Source: Octopus bimaculoides
Taxonomy: Eukaryota
DNA: 64,000 nucleotides
Reading direction: 5' to 3'
NCBI RefSeq assembly: GCF_001194135.2
Contig: NC_068984.1
Location: 45,094,972-45,158,971, forward strand
This document shows positions 23,670 to 36,368 of the stretch, in pieces (the stretch's first letter is position 1; each line of letters opens with the position of its first letter). The position numbers and the translations under genes are program-made. The notes beneath the pieces were generated by a model. It ran no database searches and was not told where the DNA came from. It saw only the letters and a list, made by a program, of their open reading frames with translations.

Positions 23670-25009
23670 TTAATTAATAAAACAAGTAATGGCAGCATAC
23701 TGAATAAATATTCACTTATAGCCATATGTGTTTAATCTCGCTAAGGAATGTTAAGCGAATCTTTGTGACTTTTTACATAACAGTGAAGCTGGGACGTCGA
23801 TCCTTGTCCCAAACTGCAGGAAAAGAAAAGACACTCATACTCCTTAATTTCACGGTGAGATTAAATACATATAGATGAGTCCGTATGTTTATTTATTCAT
23901 GACCTACTATATATTTTACTATAGTAACTAATAATAAACCGGTTTTATTCAGACTGTTACATTCTTTCACAATAAAAGTTCTTATAGCAACAATGAAGCT
24001 AGATATGTATAGGTTAGAGTGACTTAGCTCCTTAAACAAGATTTAAAAACGAGGTGCACTGATTTTGAGAGTTGGCTTCGATTCTCTAATGTCTTTTTGC
24101 TTCATTAGTCATCACAAATAGTTTTGAACGCCATCAAATCACCAACCCTTGTTCCTTCAACGATAAATTTGATGACTTTATTCGCAATAAAAGTTAATCG
24201 ATATCTCATTGAAGAATGCAAGTTTCTCTTTGATATTGCTGCTTTTAGTGGTGGTAAATCTTACGTGAATTCTGATCGAGCAAAAGCATTCCAGTTGTGA
24301 CCACCCCGTCTTATTAGAGGTACCTGAGATTGCATTATAATTTTTCTCTTCTTTATAAAGTTAACTGAGTGTAAATTGAAGAAGATTATGCGGTTACTTG
24401 ATCTACTAGAAATAGCAGAATAAATAACCGCATAATGGCTCCTACGTTGGCTCTTACAAAAAGAAAGTAACCGATGTTACGGAACACTGTGACGGGTCAT
24501 TTACAGTTCAAAGTTTCATTTTACCCTATTCTTACTTTAAATATCGTATTAGTTAGCGGTATTGAGTCACTTTATATGTCCTTTTAGGGATAATAAAATA
24601 AATATCAGCAGTATATCATAAGAAGTCAAATGATTATATTTTTTTATCATAGTGACACTCATCATCATCTCTGACCGGAATTGTATCCTTCCTGTCTACA
24701 ATAAGCAACTGTAGGGCTCTGCCTATACACGATGTAATCATTTATGGCAGCTAGATTAACTGACCCAGCAAAGTGGAGGTAGCGGAATTAGAACCGTGAA
24801 GACAGCAACCTATTCGTAAATTTTGAATGAGGGAGGTTTGTCTTACTTAAAATGTATGTATTTTATTGTGTAAAAAGAACAAAAGCACAGTCGATATCGA
24901 TCAGATATGAACGGGACATAATTTAATACCGCAAAGCATTTTGCCTGGCGTTCTACAAATTTTGCTATCTACAGCCTTTTATAAAGCTGCAAATGAGTTT
25001 GTTAGTATA

Positions 25010-25213
25010 TTGGTTTAAAATTTTGGCACAAGGCCAGCAATCTCGGGGCTAAGACGATTAAATCGACCCCAGTGCTCAATTACTACTTATTTTATCGGCC
25101 TCGAAAAGCAAGGTCGACCCCAGCAGTATTTTGAATCCAGAACGTAAAGACAGATGAAATGCCGCTAAACACTTTGCTCGGCGTGCTAACGATTCTGCCA
25201 TCTCGCCCCCTTC
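25010..25213 (-). mobile_element. SINE family C
   Basis: Family hallmark sequence and tail present. Confidence 0.8.
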
Positions 25214-26405
25214 AGTTTGTTAGTATATTAATATGTGTACTATTAGATAAATTAATTTAGTGGAGTTGAATTTATGTTTTGTCCTTCTTGCAATCAAATA
25301 CGTACCAGTTGTTTACTGTGTCGGATTAATTGCACCAGTAAAATGCTTCGTTTTCAGTTTACAATGTACTTTCACTATTAAAGTGTCAGTAGTGTTCATA
25401 GTGCCCAAATGCTAATCACGAGGTATCCAGTTCGGTCGTATTGCGTGTTATCTCAGGCAAATGCCCCTTAGCATAATTAATTAGGTAGGCAGTTAATGTG
25501 TGGAAACTCTCACATCGAATATAACCAATAATTCGAAGATCCAGCTTTGTTACATGCTATGTCATTGATTTTACTCGAGGACTACGGGAAGAGTGCACGT
25601 GTTCATGGAATAGTCAGCCATATGTTAAGTCAATGAGCGGGTGGTTCTGTTGATTGAACAATTCAATCGTCATCGTCATCGTCATTGGCTTTTGTTTGAG
25701 CCTATCATAGAAATCACTTCTAAAGGAATTGGTTTTGCAAATAGTTATGAGCCTACAGTAGAAATCGTTTAATAGAATTGTTAGTTTTTGAGTTAATAAA
25801 AGACACCGCTAGTAATAGCATCAGTAATACTAATAGTTGAGAGTATTGCTTTGTTAATAATAAAAACAAAGAAGAAAAAACAGAAATAAATATAACCACT
25901 CAGTTACAGTAGTGGAGTTTGTAGTGTGTTTTTGCAAAAGTTCTGAGAGGCACCACATCATTTTTCATGAAGCACGTTTATGAATGAGATCAGGTGACAT
26001 GTGGTTTAAATCAACTGTCATATCAAATATGTGAAATAGAATAAATAAGTAAATATATATATATATAAAGTTTTGACATGTTGACGTGAGGAAACAACTG
26101 TCGTTGCAATTACGTTATCACAGATGTGAAAACGAAAGTGGCTAGCGCAAACAATCAAAAGAACCGAGATAGAAACCCGAGAATTATGCTTTTTTTTCTT
26201 CTTTCCTTATTTTCATTTCTGTCAATGTTTTGGATGGTTGGTTAAGACAATTGACACCTCTTACTTGCAATATGTTCTTCATAATCTGATACGAACACGC
26301 ACATCACGCTCATAAACACACGTATGTATGCATGTATGTATACGTATATATGTATGTGTGTGTGTGTATACATATATATATGTTATAAGGGCGGAGGCTA
26401 GTGTG

Positions 26406-26481
<76 letters not shown>

Positions 26482-26744
26482 GCTTCATGTATCAGAAGCC
26501 AATTCTACTAAATACTTTTCAAAGCTACCTCTCCTTTCTACGTAGTCAGTCGATCTGCTGAAGGTAGCAGCCAAATCTATCTTGAGTTGCAACCAACTTG
26601 TTTTCGGAAAGGATAAAACGCATTACTTAATGTTGTACCTTAGATAACATCGATTAGTGTTCACCCGGGTCTCTAAACAACAGCAACAAGTTCCTTGTTG
26701 AAGTCAACTAGAAATATAAAATGTCGCGTCTGTTTATATTATTT

Positions 26745-26937
26745 AAGGCGGCGAGCTAGCAGAAACGTTAGCACGCCGTCTTTACGTTTTGACTTCAAAT
26801 TCTCTACTGAAATCGAGTTGCCTTACATCCTTTCGAGGTCGATAACATACGAGTTCCAATCTAGCAGTGGGGTCGATATAATCGACATACCCCACCTCTG
26901 AAATTGCTGGCCTTGTGTCAAAATTTGAAGCCGATAT
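26745..26937 (+). mobile_element. SINE family C
   Basis: AAGGCGGCGAGCTAGCAGAAACGTTAGCACGCCG ... GCTGGCCTTGTGTCAAAATTTGAA. Confidence 0.8.
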
Positions 26938-27215
26938 TTAGATTATTTAACTGTGATACAGCGGTACAAACGATAAGGCTCCAAAAGAAATAGCTTGGCT
27001 CTATGGTTTCATAAGTTCGCTTCGAAACCAAGTGATTTCAGGTTCAACCTCACTGTGCAGCAGCTTGGCTAATGATTTCTACCAACGTCAAACATAGGGA
27101 TATAGGTTGAGGTAAGAGAAATATTGGAAACTACTGATTTTTGTGATCGCACGACCCGAAAATTTTTTAAATGGTAACAAATCCCCCCCCCCCNNNNNNN
27201 NNNNNNNNNNNNNNN

Positions 27216-27324
27216 GCCGAAGTGTATGAAACTGAGAGAGGAAGATGTTCAATAAAATCATAAGTAACAAATCCTATTATATTTTCTTTTGCCCAAAGCT
27301 AGGAACTTTTCAGCACCCCTCGTA
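27216..27324 (+). mobile_element. Right half of a mariner MITE (same family as 10018); left part lost in the gap
   Basis: KCMKLREEDVQ* resembles the mariner C-terminus; TIR CCCAAAGCTAGGAACTTTTCAGCACCCCTCGTA. Confidence 0.75.
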
Positions 27325-27349
27325 ATTATGTTACAAACACGTGCATATT

Positions 27350-27724
27350 GGCGTAGGAGTGGCTGTGTGGTAAGACGCTTCCTTCCCAACCATGTGGTTC
27401 CGGGTTTAGTCCTACTGCGTGGCACCTTGGGTAGGTGTCCTCTACTATAGACTCGGGTCGACCAAACCCTTGTGAGTAGATCTGGTAGACGGAAACTGAA
27501 AGAAGCCCGTCGTATATATGTATGTATTATGTATTTGTGTTTCTGTATTTGTCCTCCCATCATCGCTTGACAACCGATGTTGGTGTATTTACGTACTTAT
27601 AACTTAGCGGTTCAGCATTAAAAAAACCGATAGGCTAAGTACTAGGCTTACAAAGTTGATTTTTTTCGACTGAGGGTGCTGCTCCAGCATGGCCACAGTC
27701 AAATGACTGAAACAAGTAAAAGGA
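27350..27724 (+). mobile_element. SINE family B, full length
   Basis: A and B boxes, CORE-like GCACCTTGGGTAGGTGTC, internal TA/TG tract, tail GCTCCAGCATGGCCACAGTCAAATGACTGAAAC. Confidence 0.9.
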
Positions 27725-27879
27725 GAAAACGATAAATACACGCACACAAACATTTCGTTATTAGTTTGGCTGTTCTCGCTCATTCAAACAGTATGCGTAT
27801 TATTTGATTCGACATTTCGTATCTAGTTCTGTATCAGGTAATGATTTAATCAACGATTAACTATATATTGGTTTTAATT

Positions 27880-28063
27880 GGGGTGGGGAGAGAGTAAGTC
27901 GAATATAGCGATACCAGTACTCAACTGGTACTTATTTATCGACCTCAAACGGATGAAAGACAAAGTCGACCTCGGTGGAATTTGAACTCAGAACGTACAG
28001 ATGGACGAAATGCCGCTAAGTATTTTGTCCGGTGTGCTAATGATTCTGCCAGCTCACCGCCTT
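27880..28063 (-). mobile_element. SINE family C
   Basis: Family hallmark sequence present. Confidence 0.85.
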
Positions 28064-28122
28064 ATGATTAACAATATATTTATGACGAAATCAGTCCGCA
28101 CAATATCAAGGTATTATATCAC

Positions 28123-28202
<80 letters not shown>

Positions 28203-28884
28203 NNNNNNNNNNNNNNNNNNNNNNNNNNNNNNNNNNNNNNNNNNNNNNNNNNNNNNNNNNNNNNNNNNNNNNNNNNNNNNNNNNNNNNNNNNNNNNNNNN
28301 NNNNNNNNNNNNNNNNNNNNNNNNNNNNNNNNNNNNNNNNNNNNNNNNNNNNNNNNNNNNNNNNNNNNNNNNNNNNNNNNNNNNNNNNNNNNNNNNNNNN
28401 NNNNNNNNNNNNNNNNNNNNNNNNNNNNNNNNNNNNNNNNNNNNNNNNNNNNNNNNNNNNNNNNNNNNNNNNNNNNNNNNNNNNNNNNNNNNNNNNNNNN
28501 NNNNNNNNNNNNNNNNNNNNNNNNNNNNNNNNNNNNNNNNNNNNNNNNNNNNNNNNNNNNNNNNNNNNNNNNNNNNNNNNNNNNNNNNNNNNNNNNNNNN
28601 NNNNNNNNNNNNNNNNNNNNNNNNNNNNNNNNNNNNNNNNNNNNNNNNNNNNNNNNNNNNNNNNNNNNNNNNNNNNNNNNNNNNNNNNNNNNNNNNNNNN
28701 NNNNNNNNNNNNNNNNNNNNNNNNNNNNNNNNNNNNNNNNNNNNNNNNNNNNNNNNNNNNNNNNNNNNNNNNNNNNNNNNNNNNNNNNNNNNNNNNNNNN
28801 NNNNNNNNNNNNNNNNNNNNNNNNNNNNNNNNNNNNNNNNNNNNNNNNNNNNNNNNNNNNNNNNNNNNNNNNNNNNNNNNNNNN

Positions 28885-28948
<64 letters not shown>

Positions 28949-29229
28949 AAATGGGTGGTTTTAGAACAACATTCTTTACATTTCAAAATATTATTTGATG
29001 AAAGATTTATCAATAAATATTTACAACAGTGATGCATAAATTGTTTTAAAGTATTGTATACATTACTATTGCACTTTTTTCTTGTGCTTGTGCATGTGTG
29101 TTTTATGTGTGTGAGTGTATATGTGGGGGGAGAGAGGGCTTACATAATTGGCTTTTTTCCTGCTTTAAGTATTATTTTATTTATGTTAGGAATGCTTATT
29201 TGTCAATGCTTATTGTACAAAACAGAGAT

Positions 29230-29500
29230 TGCTAATACTACAAAATTGGCGATGATACAAAAATGACAAATTATTGCAGCCTGAATACCAACTCATACAT
29301 GACAATATTCTATAACAATGATGAGATAATCTTGGTGCCCACAATAAAAATCATTTGACCGTTGCTATAAATTATAAATTGTTAGGATACAAGATACTGT
29401 TCTATTGAAGAGAAAAAGTTATAATAAAATACTTACATTGGCAAAAGTATAAATGTCACGACGAAGTGAATGAAAGAATATAAAGCAAGTATCTTATTCT
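29230..29500 (+). mobile_element. Possible highly decayed LINE RT remnant (RTE-like)
   Basis: Only GDDTK (YADD-like) and HDEVNERI (DEVNxRI motif) are recognisable. Confidence 0.3.
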
Positions 29501-30331
29501 GAATCATTTAAATTTAATGATTCACTCAGCTGCTACTCAGAGTTTCTCAATAAGTCCAGGGGGATTCATAGAATAAAGATATAGGACATCAGATTATTTG
29601 TTTCCATTAATTGTTTTAGGTCAGTCGTAGGATTGGCGAGTTTTAGATGAAGGATGAGAATCCGGTAGAAATTATCAGTGTTTTCTCACAAAAAGAGATA
29701 ATCGCTAGTGGCTAAGTGATCTTTGTTGTACTGTATACAATGGAAAAAAATACTGTAAAACTTTACCGGATTGTCTTCAGCCAATGATCTGAGCGAGAGA
29801 TGACAGACGGTTATTCAGTTTGCGGCTGAAAGTCTTTCCAAGAGGAAGTGCTTCATATGCTTGCATGCGAACAGAGATGTTAAACATATCTGCCAAAGTT
29901 TTTAACTCCTTAACATATATCAATTTTGGATTGCTTTGTCGATGACCCTCAGCTTATGGTAATTCTGTTATTCTTCAATTTCCGTAAAGTGTTTGAAGCA
30001 CAGCGGAATTACCAAGATCCTTATAAGGTGAAGCACCGTCTAAAATGCAAATTCATTGGACATTAATAAATAGCGGAATTAAAATACTCTTAATATATTT
30101 ACAACAAATGGAAATTCATAGGATCAGGTTTGGCTTTTTAAACCGGGTTTCGTGTTATTCCTACAATCCACTCTTGGGCCTACCAACCACATATTTTTGA
30201 ATCAGTAAATTTCTACATTCTTCGAAGGACATAGAACTACAAAATATTATCACCAGAATAAAGTAGTTATTCATACCGTCAATTAGTAATCAAGAGAAAT
30301 GATGATACAGTATGTTGAAAGTGTTATCTTT

Positions 30332-30598
30332 TATCTTTTACTTGTCTCAGTCAGTAGACTGCGGCCATGCTGGGCGCTGCCTTCGAGAACTTTTAGTCGA
30401 ATGTAACGACCCCTGTAATTCTTGTTTTTTTTCCATATATAAGCATGGTACTTCTTCTATCGGTCTCTTTTGCCGAACCGTTAAGTTACGGCGATGTAAA
30501 CACACAATGCACCAACACCAATCGTCAAGTGGGAGGAGGACACATGCACACACACACAGACACACACACACACATACACACACACACACACATACACT

Positions 30599-30629
<31 letters not shown>

Positions 30630-30797
30630 CCACACATACATATACACGAAGAGCTTCTTTCAGTTTCAGTCCATTAAAACCACTTGGCTTTGGTTGGCTC
30701 GAGGCTATAGTAGAAGACACTTGCTTAAGATGCCACGTAGATGGACTGAAACTGCCACGTGGTTGAGAAGCAAGCTTCTTATCACACAGTTACGCTA
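30332..30797 (-). mobile_element. SINE family B with expanded internal (CA)n
   Basis: Tail CTGCGGCCATGCTGG, body TTTTGCCGAACCGTTAAGTTACGG, head GAGGCTATAGTAGAAGACACTTGC...TTATCACACAG. Confidence 0.85.
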
Positions 30798-30835
30798 TAG
30801 CTTTTCTTTTGTAAAAACAACAGACCAACTACTAA

Positions 30836-30881
<46 letters not shown>

Positions 30882-31070
30882 ACACCCACACACATACACA
30901 CACACATATATATATATATTCGCTGAGACAATCCTACTATTTAGTGTGTTTTTGATTATTGTGTCACGTTAAAGTGCAAATGTATGAACATTTGTTTTTA
31001 TTTAAAGGCTCGAGTGGGTGTACATATGTGTGCGTATGTATGTATGCATGTATGTATGTATGTATGTATG

Positions 31071-31116
31071 TACAGTAGTACCTAGGTTTTCGAACAACTC
31101 TGCGAATAAATTGTGC
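31071..31116. mobile_element. Possible single pogo/Tigger-like transposon end
   Basis: TA|CAGTAGTACCTAGGTTTTCGAAC resembles pogo-type TIRs; no partner TIR seen. Confidence 0.3.
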
Positions 31117-31161
31117 TTTATGTATATATATATATATATATATATATTCTTTTATTATTTT

Positions 31162-31895
31162 ATATGTTTCAGCCCTAAGTTTGTGGCCATGCTGAGGCAC
31201 CCCCAGTATAATCACCTTTTGATTGGCCTGTCCTATGTGATTGGCTTTTGTTGAAGGAGGGAGTTCGATACTACCGCTCTCTTTTGAGTTTCCTACCTTG
31301 ATATTGGTTCGTTTGGGACTTTGGATAGCAAGAGTTCGAGGTGGTTCTTGAAAACATCTATCTCCACTGAATAAAGATCTTTCAGACGTTTTGGCAACGT
31401 GTTAAATAGCTGCGGGCCATTGAATCCCAAGCTATTGCAGTGTTGTAGTTTTATGTCAATATCTTGCGTAGAGAGACTGACAGACCAGTTTTGTTCCATG
31501 ACCTCTTTCCCGATACCCTTCCAATCAGCTTTGTGGAAGTTCAAGCTGGAGAGACGTTGGATGCTTCTAGTAGCCTGCATGTCTGTAGTATTCTATGGAT
31601 CATACATTGTTAGCTCTATTAAGTTATGGTTCAATAAAAGTTATGGTTCAATAAAAATCGTCGGTGTCACCTTAACATTATGGTTGAACGCCGTGATTTT
31701 TGTGAAGCAGAGGTCCAGAACATTTTCCCCCATTGTTGGGTGGAGCACTATTAGCTCCATAGGTGAGGTCAAGCAGAGATCCTGCATGCCTCAGGCTGTG
31801 CAGTGACGCACCTGAGAGGAGGTGGCCCTCAAGCCATTCGTCATAAGGAAGGTTGAAATCCCTATATATAATATACTGTTCAATGAGGGTAAGAT
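31162..31895 (-). mobile_element. CR1-like LINE with a large internal deletion (APE region joined directly to the ORF2 C-terminus)
   Basis: DFNLP and PTMGENVLDLCFT (APE), then LNFHKADW...DIDIKL fused to CNSLGFNGPQLFNTLPKRLKDL...KVPNEP. Same 3' tail as the 21465 copy. Confidence 0.85.
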
Positions 31896-31969
31896 CTAGA
31901 TACATAAATACATACATACATACATACATACATGCATGCATGCATGCATGCATACATACATACCCTTAC

Positions 31970-32028
31970 GTGATACACACAGTCACTTGTTTATGAGTGC
32001 TAACTCGTCATCAGCGTGTGACAATCAC
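31970..32028 (-). ncRNA. Degenerate type I hammerhead motif, copy 1
   Basis: GTGATTGTCACACG-CTGATGA-CGAGT TAGC ACTCA-TAAA-CAAGTGAC-TGTGTGTATCAC. Stems I and II pair, but GAAA is changed to TAAA and the cleavage triplet is mutated. Confidence 0.5.
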
Positions 32029-32298
32029 CAGCTAGCGATGACTCACTCCAAACGCAAAATACTATATGCTTGTCCCAGGGACAAATCGTCGCTGATCTCG
32101 AAAAGGGAGAAACAAGCAATAATAAATCTCTGAACGAGACGTAAACAGTAGAAGCATGGAATTATGAAGCATATTTGCCACCTAAATGTGGCGGACCCAT
32201 AGGGGACGAAGACATCTCCTCCAGCTGGCTAACGACACACTGTCTGTGTCTGATTAGTATTTGCGAAGGGAAATCATCGTTCCCATCTCTAGCCCTAC

Positions 32299-32357
32299 GT
32301 GATACACACACAACCGGGTTTCTGGGTAGTAACTCATCATCAGCGAGTGACAATCAC
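32299..32357 (-). ncRNA. Type I hammerhead motif, copy 2 (core intact)
   Basis: GTGATTGTCACTCG-CTGATGA-TGAGT TACT ACCCA-GAAA-CCCGGTT-GTGTGTGTATCAC. CUGAUGA, GAAAC and a GUU triplet are present; stems carry mismatches. Confidence 0.6.
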
Positions 32358-33233
32358 CAGCTAGCGATGAGAACTCATTCCAAACGCAAAATACTATATG
32401 AGGAAAGTAATTTTGATTATTGAACGCATGGTGAAATGTTACCATGAATACAGAACACGAACCATTCTTAATGTGTATGTGCGCGCACGCGTGTGAATAG
32501 AAGCACATAAATGAATAACTTTTGTGTAGCTTATTCAGGAGAGTGCCCTTTATGCTAAGAAACATTAACAAATATTAAAGAAAATATATTTGGCTAAATA
32601 TGAAAATACTGCATGTAAAACTGCAGTTAATAATTTCATAGTTAATAGACTCGAGCATTGGTATTAATAACATTTTTGATATTTAGAACCAATTTGATCT
32701 AATTACTTCTGCTTTTACATTCACTCAAAATAAGGAGATGGAATTCGGCCAAGATAAATGTCCATATATGATAGAAGAAAGTAGCAGAATGCAAATGTCA
32801 ACTACGCCTTATGAGAGAATTAGAGAACTGTTTGTTGCATAGCAACAGTTTCATGACGTAAAGCGGGTTGATGAAGAGTTTCTCCCTGAACATGATTCCA
32901 GTCTATTGCCGTTAGCATTCTCTGCTGGTCTAGTAAATAATTGCTTGACGCCAGACAAACCGAGACACTGTAGAAGACATCGCGACTTGCTACTTAAAAA
33001 CGAAACAAAATATTTGTTGTGGATAGGATATGGAATATATCAATCTAAGACGTAGAACGATGGATGTATATAATACTTAACATATGTCAGGGACAACTCC
33101 TAGTACTCAGGTCAGAGTGTACAATTCTAAAAGCCATGTTATAATTGAATTAGAGTACATATGACCTTTGTGTACACTCGTTCCAGATGCCTCATAAAGT
33201 AGAATATTTATACTAAAATCCAATTTATTACTT

Positions 33234-33520
33234 GCAGGCGCATGACTCATTGGTTAGAGTGTCGGGTTCACAATCATGAGGTAGTGAGTTCGATTCCAGG
33301 ACCGGGCAATGTGTTGTGTTCTTGAGCAAGACACTTTATTTCACGTTGCGCCAGTTCACTCAGCTGTATTGGCTTTGCCTTTCCCTTAGATAATATCAGT
33401 GGCGTGGAGAGGTATGTATGGACGACTACTGGTCTTCCGTAAATAATCTTGCCCGGACTTGTGCCTTGGTGGGTAACTTTCTAGTTTTAATCCCATGGTC
33501 ATTCATGACAGAAGGGAGAC
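33234..33520 (+). mobile_element. SINE family D
   Basis: A box TGACTCATTGG, B box GAGTTCGATTCC, CORE-like GTTCTTGAGCAAGACACTT, tail CCCATGGTCATTCATGACAGAAGGGAGAC. Confidence 0.85.
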
Positions 33521-33535
33521 TTTATATATATATTA

Positions 33536-34349
33536 TACGTTGTATGACCAATAAGTATCGGGGTGGATACTATAAAAACAAAACTATAACACGTATCTAT
33601 TTAACATTTAGTTTCTTTCAAATTAGTCCCCTTCGGAAGCCATACATTGAACTCGTTTTCTGAGATAATCAGCAGCTGTCTCGTTGCATTCACTCGACGT
33701 TCTGAAATCGTCTTCCTTTCAAGCGGGATTTTATTTTTTGGAAAGAAGAAAAAGTCACAAGGGGAGATATCTGGGAAATACAGAGGCTGTTGGACCTGGG
33801 GAATGCTGTGCCTAGCCAAAAACTGCTAAACAATCTGCGCTGAATGGGCAGTTGTGTTGTCAGCTGAATGCACGTTGGCACAAACTTGGTAGACACGCGT
33901 CTCATACCCAAAACTTCAGTAGTAATGAACTGAACTGAACCGCAACTACCCTGCACATCCTCTGATAACTCTGAATAGTGATTCGACGATTTTCTCTCAC
34001 AGCTGCATTCACATTTGCGATGTTTTTCTCAGTTCTGTTGGTTGTGGATCTCTCAGAACGTTTGTCACGATCGATATCTTTTCGGCTCATGCACTCCTCT
34101 CCATACACTTTCTGCAACTTTGCATAGGCCTCTGAGCAGGTATCACAAAGCTTTTGGCAAAATGTGATGCAGATTCATGGTCAATGCGACGATCATACGC
34201 TATACACGTTCCTTACAAGCACTGCTGTAACCAGCGGTAGTGAGTTAGAACGTCAAAACCTAGTGCGCATGCACAACAGAGTTCAAGATCAGTCTGTGCC
34301 AAGCGGCTTTACTTTGCGTACTTTAGCTTCGTTCTTGATCAGACCACGT

Positions 34350-34350
<1 letters not shown>
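33536..34350 (-). mobile_element. Internally deleted mariner (DD34D) element with both TIRs
   Basis: TIRs TACGTTGTATGACCAATA and TACGTGGTCTGATCAAGA (14/18), TA ends. Translation ICITFCQKL..EAYAKLQKVYGEECMSR, RENRRITI, LGMRRVSTKFVP, DNTTAHSAQIV*QFLARHSIPQVQQPLYFPDISPCDF (D34D). Confidence 0.9.
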
Positions 34351-34382
<32 letters not shown>

Positions 34383-34437
34383 CTTTTCTACTCTAGGCAC
34401 AAGACCCGAATTTTATTTTGGTGGGGAGGGGCAGTCA

Positions 34438-35400
34438 CCTACTACAAACCAACTAACTCAAAACAGTATCTCCTTTTTAGTTCATGCCATCCTAAACACA
34501 CCAAAATAAATATCTCATTCAATCTAGCTAAAAGGATCTGCATAATTTTATCTAATACAACCACTCGGGAACTTTGCCTACAAGACCTCAAAATAACACT
34601 CATTGAACGTCAATGAAATTGAACGTCCCAAGAAATTGGACACAAACACGCTAAGGACAACAAAACAAAACACCACACCTCACTTTAAATCACTCCCATA
34701 CATATCAACCCACACCCCCAGAAACAATGAAGCATAAAACACAATTATACAAAATTTCCCTCTGCTCATTCAAGACACGAAAATGAACAACAACCTGAAT
34801 ACACATAAACTCCTCAAATGCAAAAGACAACACAAATCACTCAAGAGACTCCTAATAAATGCAAAACTATACTCAATACATACGATGCCAACAGTTAAAA
34901 AATGCAGATGACCTAATTGTGGTACATGCCCATACCTAACATGTGCTTCTCAGAACCTTATCTATGTCTTAACCTGCTCAGGTTGTGGCCACAATTACGT
35001 GGGCCAAACGAGCCTTACCTTGAGATACAGAGTCACTCTGCATAAAGAACAGATTCATTTTTCTCAATACAAGCAGATAGCTCTGAGCGAACATATCGAC
35101 AGATGCGCAAGAAATAAAACGCCGAATTTCCATATCTTTCCATTATACCAATGCCATGATTCAATCTCCTTATAAGAACGCCTAAACAATGAAAACCTGT
35201 TCATACAAAAGTATACAAAAATATACAAACTTGAACACTTCAAAAATTATACTGAGGAGTTAGTTGTCCCCCTCGCCACCTTTTGCCTCCCTTGGTCCAC
35301 TCTTTAGATTCATTCTTATTTTTCAAGCATCCAAAATGGCAAGACCCCTTTGTCACAAGAATTGATTACTTCACAATGTCCCTTGAAAAGCTAATTTAAA
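34438..35400 (+). mobile_element. Penelope-like retroelement fragment (RT thumb, Cys linker, GIY-YIG endonuclease)
   Basis: YYKPTNSKQYLLFSSCHPKHTKINISFNLAKRI (PLE thumb) and CGTCPYLTCASQNLIYVLTCSGCGHNYVGQTSLTLRYRVTLH...LSEH (GIY-YIG), with stops. Confidence 0.9.
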
Positions 35401-35708
35401 TAATTAAAACCGGTTGGATATCACTACATCCATAAAATATGTATATCTTTTAAAATATTTCTTAATAAAAAGATACTAAACTATGTGAAACGAAGGCATT
35501 TCTCTTCCACTTTTTATATATGTTTTCCACATATTTTAAACTCATAATTTTGCCACATAGTGTATACTGAATCTCCAGTATTTTTGCTCCTTTTATATAT
35601 TTTTATATTTCTACTATNNNNNNNNNNNNNNNNNNNNNNNNNNNNNNNNNNNNNNNNNNNNNNNNNNNNNNNNNNNNNNNNNNNNNNNNNNNNNNNNNNN
35701 NNNNNNNN

Positions 35709-35744
<36 letters not shown>

Positions 35745-36368
35745 GTTTATTAAACATAATGTATATGAATTCTGCATAAGTACATACAATGCAAGAAACA
35801 CCAATTATAATTATGAACACTAATGCGACGTGGTTGTATATATTTATACAGAATTCGCATACAGTATGTTTAGTAAACATGTGTTTCATTGATAACATAG
35901 AAGGAAGGGATTAACCACAATGGTAAGTAGAAGTAATGTTCAAAGCGACTAGTTTCATAAAAGAACCATCAAAGATCGCTATCTTGCTTTACATGCTGCC
36001 ACACTTAAGAAAAATATGCCTCAATGGAATTGTAAACAAGATTATGATAAGGTTTTATATAACGTGAAATACATTGTGTAGTTAAGAAATTCGCTTCATA
36101 ACAACCATATTTCATATTCTATCCCGTGGTGCGACACTTTGGTGAAGTGTCTTTTCCCATAGCTGAATTCAACTAAGCCCTATCAGTGAAATTTGCAGGC
36201 AGGAAGCCAACCGTGTTTTTGGGTGGTAGACTTAATCTGACATCCAATTTAACGTAACTATTTGGATAATAGGTGCCTTTAGCAATGTCTGTTCTGTTAC
36301 AAACATTCAGAACATCTAAATGTAGTTTAGCAGTTTTGAGTTAAAAGATATATTCACTTATTATGCTT

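Noticed and set aside
35375-35420. Expected hammerhead at the end of the Penelope-like fragment
   Set aside because: Both core motifs are mutated (TTGAAAA; AAAAC), too degenerate to call.
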